From Arcobacter sp. (lineage in GTDB: Bacteria; Campylobacterota; Campylobacteria; Campylobacterales; Sulfurimonadaceae), in NCBI GenBank assembly GCA_024637195.1, contig JAGXFN010000010.1, positions 136,847 through 168,846 of the forward strand: DNA of 32,000 nt, written 5' to 3'. The position numbers and the translations under genes are program-made. The notes below the pieces were generated by a model. The model was not told where the DNA came from. It saw only the letters and a list, made by a program, of their open reading frames with translations, and ran no database searches. Below, piece by piece: positions 17,641 through 26,487 of the stretch. Position 1 is the stretch's first letter, and every line of letters begins with the position of its first letter.

Positions 17641-18706
17641 GTAGTTTTCCCAACCACACATAATCTTTATACAAAACATATACCATTGATAAAAAATATC
17701 CAAAATACCCATCTGTAAAACTTTCTTCAAATGATTTTGAAACTTTTTTCAAATTCTTCAGACTTGGATATTCTTTACTTATTTTTTTTGATAATATCAT
17801 ATGAAGTTTATGATAATTTGGAGCTGCCAGTCTAAAATGATTTGATATATTACTAACTTTATCTAAAGAATAAAAACTCCAAACTCCATTAAAATCATAT
17901 TGTGAAACTATATTATCTAATGTAGTCAACATCTCATCTAGTAATCTTTCTGTCTCTTTACTTTTGGCAATTTTATTATATTCCATTAAACCTATCAAAG
18001 AGAACATATAACCATTTAATACATGAATTGAGTTGCTTTTTTTTGGGTATTCTTCAAAGAAATACCCATATTTTGTTTGTTGACATATACTTGAGTTACT
18101 ATCTTTGTAAAAGGCTTTTATCGCTTTGTTCATTGTTTCTATATATTTATTATCATCAGTAATACTGTAAGCTCTTGAGAGTATTGACAACCCTAAACCT
18201 TGCGCAAGAGCTGAACACCACCTACCTCTTGGTCCATTTTTTATTTGAAGATCTGTGCTCCAACAGTTGTTCTGATCTAAATTGTTTACAAACCAATCAC
18301 TATTTGCTAAAAATATTTTTTTACTTTCTTCATTTGCTGTAGTTTGATATTGCTTGTAGTATGCGAACGATATAAACGCCTGATTAATAGGATAATAAAC
18401 TTGACTGTCATTTGATATATTAGATTTGTATTTTGTATAGTTTGTATAAAAAATATTATTTTCATCTTTTTCCATAAACAGATGATCTATCTTTTTACAT
18501 TTTTGGTCAATGCAAAAACCCAAAGGGGTAAAAAACCCATTTATATCTATTTGTGTATCTTTTTCGAAAATATTTACTTGTTTTTTTAAATCGCTATAAT
18601 AATCAAATCCGCGATAAACAATACTTATAGCATATATTAAAACTATCATTAATAATGACTTCAGTATTTTATTTTTAATTAACATAAAATTCATTCTTCC
18701 AAACAC
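17633..18706 (-). CDS. Membrane-anchored D-glucuronyl C5-epimerase-like protein
   Basis: It has an N-terminal signal anchor (ILKSLLMIVLIYAISIVY). The motif WCSALAQGLGLSILSRAY resembles the remembered W-x-S-A-M-A-Q-G-x-x-I-S-x-L-x-R-A-Y signature of the C5-epimerase C-terminal domain family. The start is uncertain: GTG at 18706, or ATG at 18694 or 18685. Confidence 0.45.
   Translation of the reverse strand: MFGRMNFMLIKNKILKSLLMIVLIYAISIVYRGFDYYSDLKKQVNIFEKDTQIDINGFFTPLGFCIDQKCKKIDHLFMEKDENNIFYTNYTKYKSNISNDSQVYYPINQAFISFAYYKQYQTTANEESKKIFLANSDWFVNNLDQNNCWSTDLQIKNGPRGRWCSALAQGLGLSILSRAYSITDDNKYIETMNKAIKAFYKDSNSSICQQTKYGYFFEEYPKKSNSIHVLNGYMFSLIGLMEYNKIAKSKETERLLDEMLTTLDNIVSQYDFNGVWSFYSLDKVSNISNHFRLAAPNYHKLHMILSKKISKEYPSLKNLKKVSKSFEESFTDGYFGYFLSMVYVLYKDYVWLGKLHE
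17643..17705. repeat. Copy B of the duplicated gene junction
   Basis: See copy A. This copy lies at the junction of the C5-epimerase-like gene and the acyltransferase gene. Confidence 0.8.
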
Positions 18707-19703
18707 TACTCATTCCTTTGTTCGTTAGTTTTATCACATTATTATAGTTATTGAATATGTTAAAATTTTTAGATATAAATTTTTCATAATTCAACCTCTT
18801 GATATCTTCAAAGTCAAAAATCTCTATTTCCAACTCTCTTAATTCAAACGAAGTACTTGTACCTTTTTTTACAAAAACTTTTTTACCTAAAAGAATAGCA
18901 TTAACGAGTGTTCCTACACCCTCTTGTCTATCATTAGCATATAGGACAATATCCATTCTTCCCAAAAATTCTAAATATTGTTCCATACTCATAAAGTCTC
19001 TAATCAATATTATTTTTTTATCACCAAAAACTTTTTTTGCTTTTTTAATTATTTCATCATGTCTGTTCGTATAAGAACCATAAGAGAATGGGAAGTATAT
19101 CTTTATATTTTCTTCATTTTTATAAATACTTAAAACATCGATAGCCTCTTCAAAATTATTTGTTAACTCTGCAGAGTTTCCCAACAGAATATTTATAGTA
19201 GAATCTTCTTTTTTAATTTTATTAATTTCATCTATTTTATCCCAATTGATTGGTATAGGGTGAAAAAGCTGTTTGTATAAGGCTTTATCGTTAATATTTT
19301 TAAAATTCAAACAATCGTATTTAAATCCATAAACAAAGTCGATTTTTTTTGAAGCCTGCTTTTTTATGTAGTTATACACATTATGAAAAAATGACTCTTG
19401 TTTTGTAGGATACAGATCTCCGCCCCAGATAATCCATTTTATATTTTTTGTATTAACTAAACCCAAGTATAAGAATATCCACACAAATGGATTAAATTGA
19501 CCATGTAAAACAATAGTATTTTTATAAGATTTCAAAACGAATGCAATCGCAATTGCTAATCTACTATTATATAAATAACATCCATAACAATATTTTTCAT
19601 TAGACAAATATTGTATTTTAGAAGAATCAACACCAATTTTTTCTAGAAAATCAATCAATACTTTGTTATGATGTTTGATATTCGATGTAAAGAAATGCAT
19701 CAT
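18675..19703 (-). CDS. wecF: TDP-Fuc4NAc:lipid II 4-alpha-L-fucosaminyltransferase (GT56, WecF-like)
   Basis: It aligns with remembered E. coli WecF: HHN..(V)L.F, HGQFNP..W, W...IWG.DLY, ILLGNS, R(Q)EG(I/V)GTL. The start is within ATGATG at 19698-19703, overlapping the wzxE stop. Confidence 0.8.
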   Translation of the reverse strand: MMHFFTSNIKHHNKVLIDFLEKIGVDSSKIQYLSNEKYCYGCYLYNSRLAIAIAFVLKSYKNTIVLHGQFNPFVWIFLYLGLVNTKNIKWIIWGGDLYPTKQESFFHNVYNYIKKQASKKIDFVYGFKYDCLNFKNINDKALYKQLFHPIPINWDKIDEINKIKKEDSTINILLGNSAELTNNFEEAIDVLSIYKNEENIKIYFPFSYGSYTNRHDEIIKKAKKVFGDKKIILIRDFMSMEQYLEFLGRMDIVLYANDRQEGVGTLVNAILLGKKVFVKKGTSTSFELRELEIEIFDFEDIKRLNYEKFISKNFNIFNNYNNVIKLTNKGMSSVWKNEFYVN

Positions 19704-20965
19704 ATTCCAACCTTCCAATGCTTTTGAGATAGCAAAAATAAAACATAAGTTAAGACAAACAGTACAAAATAAGTTATAGCATATGAATAAGTAATTCCTA
19801 TAATATTAAACTTATCAATCATATAAATTGATAAAAAATAAAACAATATACCTTGTATGATTTCAACAACTATATAAATAACCATTAATGATTTTGCGAT
19901 TATTAAGTATCCAAATACAAATAGCAATACTTTAAAAAAATCACCAATAAATTGATATAGAAACAATTGTTCCATATATATAAACTCTTTTGAGAATAAT
20001 ATAATTATCAAATATTCTCTCATCAAATAAGCAAGACTCAACAATAAAAAGCTTAATATAGCCATTTGAAATAACGTTTTATGAATATTCTTTTTAATCT
20101 CATATGAAGAAATTTGCTTAGATAATGTTGGTAGCAGATATGCACTCAACAATATTGAAACAAACTGTCCGTATGTTTCAGAAACCTTTACAATTCCTTG
20201 CCAATAGCCAACATAATCCCAACCTAATCTTAGTGATATGTAGTTTCTAAGTAGTATTTGTACTATTTGAACGGCAAAAATAGTCACTAATGCCATTATT
20301 GTATACTTTAATAATTTCTTTATAATTTTAAAATTGATTTTAAGATTTTCCAAAATAGATTTATTTAGATACCCCTTTTTAAATATAAAATATGATGAAG
20401 GAAAAATTATAAAAGAATAAAATACACCCAGTCCTATAATTATGAGAGGAAATGTACCTACATATGCAAAACATACAAAAACAATCAACCCCGTAATGTA
20501 TGAAACAATCAGAACTAAAGCATTTGTTAAAATATCTTTATGCCCGTTTATGATTGATAAAAAAAAGTAACCAAATCCAATAAAATTTTGCAATATAGCC
20601 GTAACTATAATATAGTCACTATATTTATTGGTCAAAAATAAAAAATTAGATATTTGTACTGAAAAAACAATAAAAATAGCCATAATTATGAAAGAGGATA
20701 TAGATATCAATAGTATAGACATCTGTAAATATGCTTTTTGTACATCTAGATTATCAGCAAATTCAGCTGTATACTTAGTCACACCGCTTAATATTCCGCC
20801 AGCAGATATGACTGTGAAAATTGTCAATAAACTCATAAATTGACCGATTTTACCCAATCCTTCGGCACCAAGGTTTAGTGCAACTATTTTAATAACCAGT
20901 AGACCGGCTAAAATCTTCACAATTGTTGCAATACCTATGATCACAGAACTTTTGAAAAAATGCAT
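19700..20965 (-). CDS. wzxE: Lipid-linked repeat-unit flippase (WzxE-like)
   Basis: The N-terminus FKSSVIIGIATIVKILAGLLV...GAEGLG...GVTKYTAEF aligns residue for residue with E. coli WzxE (AKASLWTAASTLVKIGAGLLV...GPAGLG...GVTKYVAQY). The motifs YLLPTLS and GYLIIAKS are also conserved. I prefer the ATG at 20965, 1 nt after the wecE stop. Confidence 0.8.
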   Translation of the reverse strand: MHFFKSSVIIGIATIVKILAGLLVIKIVALNLGAEGLGKIGQFMSLLTIFTVISAGGILSGVTKYTAEFADNLDVQKAYLQMSILLISISSFIIMAIFIVFSVQISNFLFLTNKYSDYIIVTAILQNFIGFGYFFLSIINGHKDILTNALVLIVSYITGLIVFVCFAYVGTFPLIIIGLGVFYSFIIFPSSYFIFKKGYLNKSILENLKINFKIIKKLLKYTIMALVTIFAVQIVQILLRNYISLRLGWDYVGYWQGIVKVSETYGQFVSILLSAYLLPTLSKQISSYEIKKNIHKTLFQMAILSFLLLSLAYLMREYLIIILFSKEFIYMEQLFLYQFIGDFFKVLLFVFGYLIIAKSLMVIYIVVEIIQGILFYFLSIYMIDKFNIIGITYSYAITYFVLFVLTYVLFLLSQKHWKVGI

Positions 20966-20966
20966 C

Positions 20967-22097
20967 TTAATTAAAAAAGCCATTGATATTATAAGAGATA
21001 AGTTCTATGTCAGATTCTTTTAGCTCATAATACATCGGTAACCTAATCAGCCTCTCGCTCTCACATGTAGTAAATCTATCTTCGCCTTCAAATCTGCCAA
21101 ATGTAAAACCGGCAGGCGCAGAGTGAAGCGGGACATAGTGAAACACTGCCAAAATATCATTTTGTTTCAGATGCTCGAGAAGGGCTGTTCTCACATCTAA
21201 ATCTTTTACTTTCAGATAAAACATATGCGCATTTTGAACACATCCATCAGGAATAGTCGGCAACTCTATCAAGCCTTTTTCTTCAAGTTTTTTCAGAGCG
21301 TCATAATACTTTTGCCAAGTAGTTAGCCTGTATTGATTTATCTCATCGGCTTTTTCAAGATTTCCCCATAAATAAGCAGCACTAACATCATTCATAAGGT
21401 AACTGCTCCCTACATCTACCCAGGAGTATTTATCTACCATTCCACGGAAAAATAGACTTCTGTTTGTCCCTTTTTCTCTGATGATCTCGGCTCGTTGAAT
21501 AAACTTTTCATCATTGATGATAAGAAGTCCGCCTTCTCCTGCACTTGTGTAGTTTTTGGTCTCATGAAAACTAAATGCCCCAAGATGCCCAATGGTTCCT
21601 AGCGCTTTGCCTTTGTAGCTGCTCATCATCCCTTGAGCGGCATCTTCTACGACAAAAAGATTATGCCTGCCGGCGATATCCATAATAGCATCCATCTCAC
21701 ATGCCACGCCTGCATAGTGTACGGGAGCAATTGCTTTTGTCTTCTCTGTGATAGCTTGTTCTATCTTAGTTTCATCTATGTTTAGAGTGTCTGGGCGAAT
21801 ATCGACAAAGACTATCTTGGCGCCACGAAGGACAAAGGCATTTGCGGTACTTACAAATGTATAACTAGGCATGATGACCTCGTCACCTTCTTTTATGTCC
21901 AAAAGTATCGCTGCCATTTCAAGCGCATGGGTGCACGACGTAGTTAAAAGTGCTTTTTTACACTGCAACTTTTCTTCAAACCATTGATGGCAGCGTTTTG
22001 TAAACTCTCCATCACCTGAGATTTTATTGCTTCTTATTGATTCTAAAACATATTTTTCTTCATTGCCCGTAAATGGCGGTTTGTTAAATGATATCAT
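20967..22097 (-). CDS. wecE: dTDP-4-amino-4,6-dideoxygalactose transaminase (WecE/RffA)
   Basis: There are long identical runs with remembered E. coli WecE: GDEVIMPSYTFVSTANAFVLRGAKIVFVD.RPDT.NIDET, PVHYAGVACEMD.IM, NLFVVEDAAQG, FSFHETKNYT, IIREKGTNRS.FFRG.VDKY.W, VQNAHMFY. Confidence 0.92.
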   Translation of the reverse strand: MISFNKPPFTGNEEKYVLESIRSNKISGDGEFTKRCHQWFEEKLQCKKALLTTSCTHALEMAAILLDIKEGDEVIMPSYTFVSTANAFVLRGAKIVFVDIRPDTLNIDETKIEQAITEKTKAIAPVHYAGVACEMDAIMDIAGRHNLFVVEDAAQGMMSSYKGKALGTIGHLGAFSFHETKNYTSAGEGGLLIINDEKFIQRAEIIREKGTNRSLFFRGMVDKYSWVDVGSSYLMNDVSAAYLWGNLEKADEINQYRLTTWQKYYDALKKLEEKGLIELPTIPDGCVQNAHMFYLKVKDLDVRTALLEHLKQNDILAVFHYVPLHSAPAGFTFGRFEGEDRFTTCESERLIRLPMYYELKESDIELISYNINGFFN

Positions 22098-22194
22098 TTT
22101 TCACTTTTCTCACTTTATCTTTGATTTACATAACCAAGTTGTTTTAGTATTTCTGTATTCTCACCAAAAGCTTTCTACTTTTTTATTAAGATAA

Positions 22195-24135
22195 TTAATC
22201 ATACTGACTTTCTATATCAGCAATATCATAATAAAACTCACCATCTTTCCAGCCAAGAGTTCCTGCTTCTTGCCATGGTTTGTTCAATCCATTTTTTAAC
22301 AAATCTTTTTCCCATTCATCTGGAACTTCATTGTATTTGTATTTAACATTGAATTTAGCATTAGTTAAATTAATGTTATTTTTATAAGCCCAAAAATAAA
22401 TATATTTTTGTACTCCTTCAGCATATTGCTTGGCATCAAAGTTTTTATTACTAACCCTAAAACTATAATTTACCCATTGTCTACCAGTGCCATACCAAGA
22501 CGCTTGACCTTTTTCATTTATTATTGGTAAAAAAACTTCCTTGTTTTTGTCTTGATAGGTAATTGCTATAGTGTGGTTGTAATTCTTAAAATGATAATCC
22601 ATAAATACTGCGTGTTGAGATAGACCTGTAAACGGATAAAATATTATTTTGTACAAGCTTGCCCCCCCATTTACATACTTCAAAATACTCTCAGGGACAT
22701 TGACTTTTGTGTAAATATGATTCATCAAAAGTGAACTTTGGATCATGATAATTTGGGAGAACACCAACCAAAAAATAAATAAAGCAGTAGAAAATATTTT
22801 TACTGTTTTCAAATCCAAGTTTTGTAATATTTTAATTTCGGAATCATCTTGTTCCACATACATGCTTGAAACATTTGGCATTGCACAAGTCTCTTCTGTG
22901 CAACCATAAGTAATTCTATGTTTTGCTATATAACCATAGATCTTCGCACCAATCGATTTTATAAAAGGAATATAGAGTAAAAGACCAAGTGGTTTAAAGA
23001 TCCATACTTTATTTAATACTTTTACATAAGTATCTATCCCGCTGAATATATTTCCTTTAATGTCTACACTATATACATTATCTAAAAGTTCTTGCATGGG
23101 TATATTTTTAAGCAGTTCGTTTTTATGAGCTTCTTGTTGAACCGGTAGAAATAAAATATTTCTGCCATTGTCAAAATATTGAACTATGACTCTAAGTCTG
23201 TTGCATAAAGGGCAGTTTTGATCATAGTAAAATGTCAAAGATGGTTGTTTTTTACTCTTTAAGAACTTATTGTATATTTTCATATAAAATGCTGATGGGA
23301 TAATCCCTACATACAAAGCTACCATAGCCAAAGCAAACCAGGGGATTGGGAATGCTAAAGCAATTCCAATATGTAAACCAATCCCAACTAAAAGATAAAA
23401 TACTTTAGTTTTTTTGATCCATACAAAAAATATATATGTCAATTGAAAAAACAATGTCAAATAACCTAAAAATCTTATCAAGTACTCTTGATTTAAAATA
23501 AAACTCAAATCAAGCCATGTTGCCCATGGCAAGGAAGATGGAAGCCAAACGCCTAATCCATCCAACCACATTGGAGAATAAAGTTTATAGAAAATAGAAT
23601 CAAAATATATCAAACCCGCTGCAATTATCAAAACTATATAATTCAAACTTGAGACTGTTTTTTTTGGGCTATGCTCATACTTTGTGTTTGAGTATTTTAT
23701 TTTTTCAAGAAGATTATCAAAAGAGAGTCTTCTTGAAATAGGCATAAACATGAGTAAAAAAGCCACAGGAATAAGCTCTTTATCTACATGGTAGTCGAAA
23801 TCATTTCCTTGCCCGGTAAACTGAAAAGTGAATCCTAAAAAAAGAACTGTAAAAAGGTAGTTTATAATAGTTGCTTTTTTAGTAAACAAACCTATTGTTA
23901 TGAACACTATTGAAATCAACCAAATAATTAACATCGGATGTACCATAAAAGATGCTTCTTGAACATACGGTATTGGATCAAAAATCAAATGCCTAAAATA
24001 AAATATTTGCAATACTTCAGCAAAAACGACTATCCCGTAAACGATTCGGAATAAAGCAAGAGCCAAACCCGACTCTTCTTGTTCATACAGTTTTTTAATA
24101 AAGTTATAATACTTAGTTGGCCAACTCATCTTCAT
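22195..24135 (-). CDS. Fusion membrane protein: HTTM (vitamin-K-dependent gamma-carboxylase-like) domain + DCC/DUF393 thiol-disulfide oxidoreductase-like domain + TM + unknown about 180-aa C-terminal domain
   Basis: Residues about 20-285 are polytopic and open with LALALFRIVYGIVVFAE, like HTTM domains. Residues about 299-411 read TFYYDQNCPLCNRL...ILFLPVQ...IPFIKSIGAKIYGYIAKHRITYG, matching the DCC family pattern (CxxC, then P...Y..(I/V)A..R...G). One more TM segment (about residues 445-466) follows, then a Tyr/Trp/Lys-rich soluble domain. Confidence 0.6.
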   Translation of the reverse strand: MKMSWPTKYYNFIKKLYEQEESGLALALFRIVYGIVVFAEVLQIFYFRHLIFDPIPYVQEASFMVHPMLIIWLISIVFITIGLFTKKATIINYLFTVLFLGFTFQFTGQGNDFDYHVDKELIPVAFLLMFMPISRRLSFDNLLEKIKYSNTKYEHSPKKTVSSLNYIVLIIAAGLIYFDSIFYKLYSPMWLDGLGVWLPSSLPWATWLDLSFILNQEYLIRFLGYLTLFFQLTYIFFVWIKKTKVFYLLVGIGLHIGIALAFPIPWFALAMVALYVGIIPSAFYMKIYNKFLKSKKQPSLTFYYDQNCPLCNRLRVIVQYFDNGRNILFLPVQQEAHKNELLKNIPMQELLDNVYSVDIKGNIFSGIDTYVKVLNKVWIFKPLGLLLYIPFIKSIGAKIYGYIAKHRITYGCTEETCAMPNVSSMYVEQDDSEIKILQNLDLKTVKIFSTALFIFWLVFSQIIMIQSSLLMNHIYTKVNVPESILKYVNGGASLYKIIFYPFTGLSQHAVFMDYHFKNYNHTIAITYQDKNKEVFLPIINEKGQASWYGTGRQWVNYSFRVSNKNFDAKQYAEGVQKYIYFWAYKNNINLTNAKFNVKYKYNEVPDEWEKDLLKNGLNKPWQEAGTLGWKDGEFYYDIADIESQYD

Positions 24136-24794
24136 CCTTTTAATTGAATCCCATTATCTTGATGTGTAGATTTTACTTTTGCTGGTATCCCTGCATACAT
24201 AGTATATTTTTTGGAATCATTTGGCATTAATGTTCCTGCCGCTATTAATGTTTCATCTTCTATGACTAATTTTTGTAATATGGTAGATGAAAACCCTATA
24301 AAACAATTATTTTTAACTTTAGTAAACCCACCTATAAGACTATTTGCAGCAATAAAGCAATCATTAAAAATCTCTGCATGATGACATATAATACTATTTG
24401 TATTAATTATATTATTATTACCAACTTTTGCAAAAGGTTCTAGTACGGCATTATGCAATATCGCATTGTTATCACCTATAATATTGCTCTCATCTACATT
24501 GGCTTTTGGGCTTATAAAGCTAACAAACTTATAACCTTTTGCTTTAACTTTTTCATACAATAATTTTCTTGCTCTCATGTTTTTATAACCTACAGCAACA
24601 AAAAATTGATAATTATCTATGTCGTATAATTCTTTTATATCTTCAAACGCTATTAATGGTTTATTTAAAAATGTTTTGGAGTTAATATATTCTTTATCTA
24701 CACAAAAAGCAACTACTTCATATTTGCTATAAACCGTAAAATAATAATGCATTAATTCTGCGAAATCACTATTACCATAAATAATAATCTTCAT
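24132..24794 (-). CDS. NeuD/PglD-family hexapeptide-repeat sugar acyltransferase (probable amino-sugar N-acetyltransferase, functional analogue of WecD)
   Basis: The 220-aa protein has an N-terminal Rossmann-like KIIIYGNSDFAE and a C-terminal left-handed beta-helix with hexapeptide periodicity (IGDNNAI, VGNNNII, IAANSLIGG, IGFSSTI). Confidence 0.75.
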   Translation of the reverse strand: MKIIIYGNSDFAELMHYYFTVYSKYEVVAFCVDKEYINSKTFLNKPLIAFEDIKELYDIDNYQFFVAVGYKNMRARKLLYEKVKAKGYKFVSFISPKANVDESNIIGDNNAILHNAVLEPFAKVGNNNIINTNSIICHHAEIFNDCFIAANSLIGGFTKVKNNCFIGFSSTILQKLVIEDETLIAAGTLMPNDSKKYTMYAGIPAKVKSTHQDNGIQLKG

Positions 24795-25492
24795 ACATTC
24801 TGCTTGTAAATAACTTTTTTACAATCTTCTAAGTGCTTGATTTTCACTAATGAGTTTGCTGAAACGTATCTGTCATTTTCGTCAAGTAATATAGCATTGA
24901 TACCTATACTGTCGCAAGGTAAATAATCCAATAAATAACTATCCCCAATAAAGTAACTGTTTTTGGATTCAATATCATGTTTTTGCAAAGGCAACTTAAA
25001 AAACTCTCTATTTGGTTTTTCAAGCCCAACTTCTTGTGATACAAATATAGAGTCAAAGTTCTCTATAATGTCCATTTTCTCTAAAACGGCATAAAGTCTT
25101 GTATCAAAATTAGAAACCAAGCTTATTAAACAGCCCTCCGCTTTTAACTCCTCTAGCAAATTTTTAACCCCAGATTTAAGTATCCAATGCTGACCATGTT
25201 CTTTAAAGTAATCAAAAAGCTTTGATGTATCCATAAGATGTGCTAAGCCAAGCAAAGAGACAATATTTTGATTAAAATCATCATAAAAGTTTTTTTTGTC
25301 TTTTAAATCTTGGATTTTTACTGAACTGTAAAATACTAAGTTCGTTACATAATGATATGTTTCACTTATTTTTTCTAGCGAAATTTCTATATCCAATTCA
25401 CTTGAAATATAACTTTGCAACAACTCTTCTTTAGAAGGTGACAACTTCGCTATGGTATCAGCAAAATCAAACATTACTAACTTTTGATTCAT
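24791..25492 (-). CDS. HAD-superfamily hydrolase, subfamily IA (probable phosphatase)
   Basis: Four HAD motifs are present: motif I VMFDFADT, motif II LVSNF, motif III GLEKPNREFF, motif IV IGDSYLLDY. Confidence 0.7.
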   Translation of the reverse strand: MNQKLVMFDFADTIAKLSPSKEELLQSYISSELDIEISLEKISETYHYVTNLVFYSSVKIQDLKDKKNFYDDFNQNIVSLLGLAHLMDTSKLFDYFKEHGQHWILKSGVKNLLEELKAEGCLISLVSNFDTRLYAVLEKMDIIENFDSIFVSQEVGLEKPNREFFKLPLQKHDIESKNSYFIGDSYLLDYLPCDSIGINAILLDENDRYVSANSLVKIKHLEDCKKVIYKQNV

Positions 25493-26487
25493 ATGAGTGC
25501 ACTCCTCTTTTTTAAATCATATATATCCGATTCTGTATATACTACTTCTTCGTTATATCTTGTAAAAAACATTTTCATTGTATTCTCTGATGGTTTCAAA
25601 GGTTCTTGTAATACAACCTCTTTTATATAGGCTTCAGGAACATTAAAGACTTCTCTCATTGCCCCTGTTGTTCCCGAAAGCCTCCCATTAAATTCAAATG
25701 GCAATAATCTACCTTCTGCATAAACAGCTTGAATATTTAAATATTTCATGTTCATTTTCTTTGCAATAGTTATTAGTTTGGTTTCTAACTCTTTATCTAA
25801 AATTCTTTCTGCTTGGTACGTAGATCCACACTTTAGCGTTCTTTTAAGAATATATATACCTTTAATCTCTCCATCATTGCCTATATAAATACCACTTGTG
25901 ATTTCATTTGAGATATCTAAATATTCTTGTAATAACCATGACGAATTTCCTACAAAGGGTTTTAATTCTTCGAAAGATGTAACTTTAATGATGTTTTTCG
26001 CGCCATTGCCACTCTTGGTTTTCAGTATATATGGAAAAGGATTTTGTTGCAAAAACTTTTCCATATCATCGCTATCCATACTTATCGTTTGGGGAGCTGT
26101 AAAACTATTTTCAATTAAAAATTTATATGTCAGATACTTATCATCACATATTTTTACTTTTGAATATTCTTCTATAAAAACTTTTGTATTTGTATGTTTT
26201 TCTATTTCATCTTTAAACTTGGATATTTTTAAAAGAGATGAATCAACCGTTGGAAAATAAACGTCTATCTGATACTTATTTAAAAAATCAATTAAAAAAT
26301 CTATGAAAGATTTATCACTCACAAATGGAAAAATAAAAGAGTTCTTGATTTTATATAGCCAACTGCTTGAAGTGCTGATACAAGAAGCATAGAGTTCTAA
26401 GTTTAACTTAGAATCTAATAGAGATTTCAAAACCCCTTGTCCTACATCTCCTCCCGCGCCGTCTACAAGAACATTGATTTTTTTCAT
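25489..26487 (-). CDS. ATP-grasp enzyme (carboxylate-amine ligase type)
   Basis: The 332-aa protein has PYILKTKSGNGAKNI (Lys plus Gly-rich loop), LLQEYL (hinge) and FEFNGRLSG (E-x-N metal site), in the layout typical of ATP-grasp ligases. Confidence 0.7.
   Translation of the reverse strand: MKKINVLVDGAGGDVGQGVLKSLLDSKLNLELYASCISTSSSWLYKIKNSFIFPFVSDKSFIDFLIDFLNKYQIDVYFPTVDSSLLKISKFKDEIEKHTNTKVFIEEYSKVKICDDKYLTYKFLIENSFTAPQTISMDSDDMEKFLQQNPFPYILKTKSGNGAKNIIKVTSFEELKPFVGNSSWLLQEYLDISNEITSGIYIGNDGEIKGIYILKRTLKCGSTYQAERILDKELETKLITIAKKMNMKYLNIQAVYAEGRLLPFEFNGRLSGTTGAMREVFNVPEAYIKEVVLQEPLKPSENTMKMFFTRYNEEVVYTESDIYDLKKRSALI

Noticed and set aside
22098-22194. Regulatory element in the 97-nt gap between the HTTM-DCC gene and wecE
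   Set aside because: The gap is AT-rich and I could find no clear hairpin, no -10/-35 pair and no repeat. There is not enough evidence to call anything.
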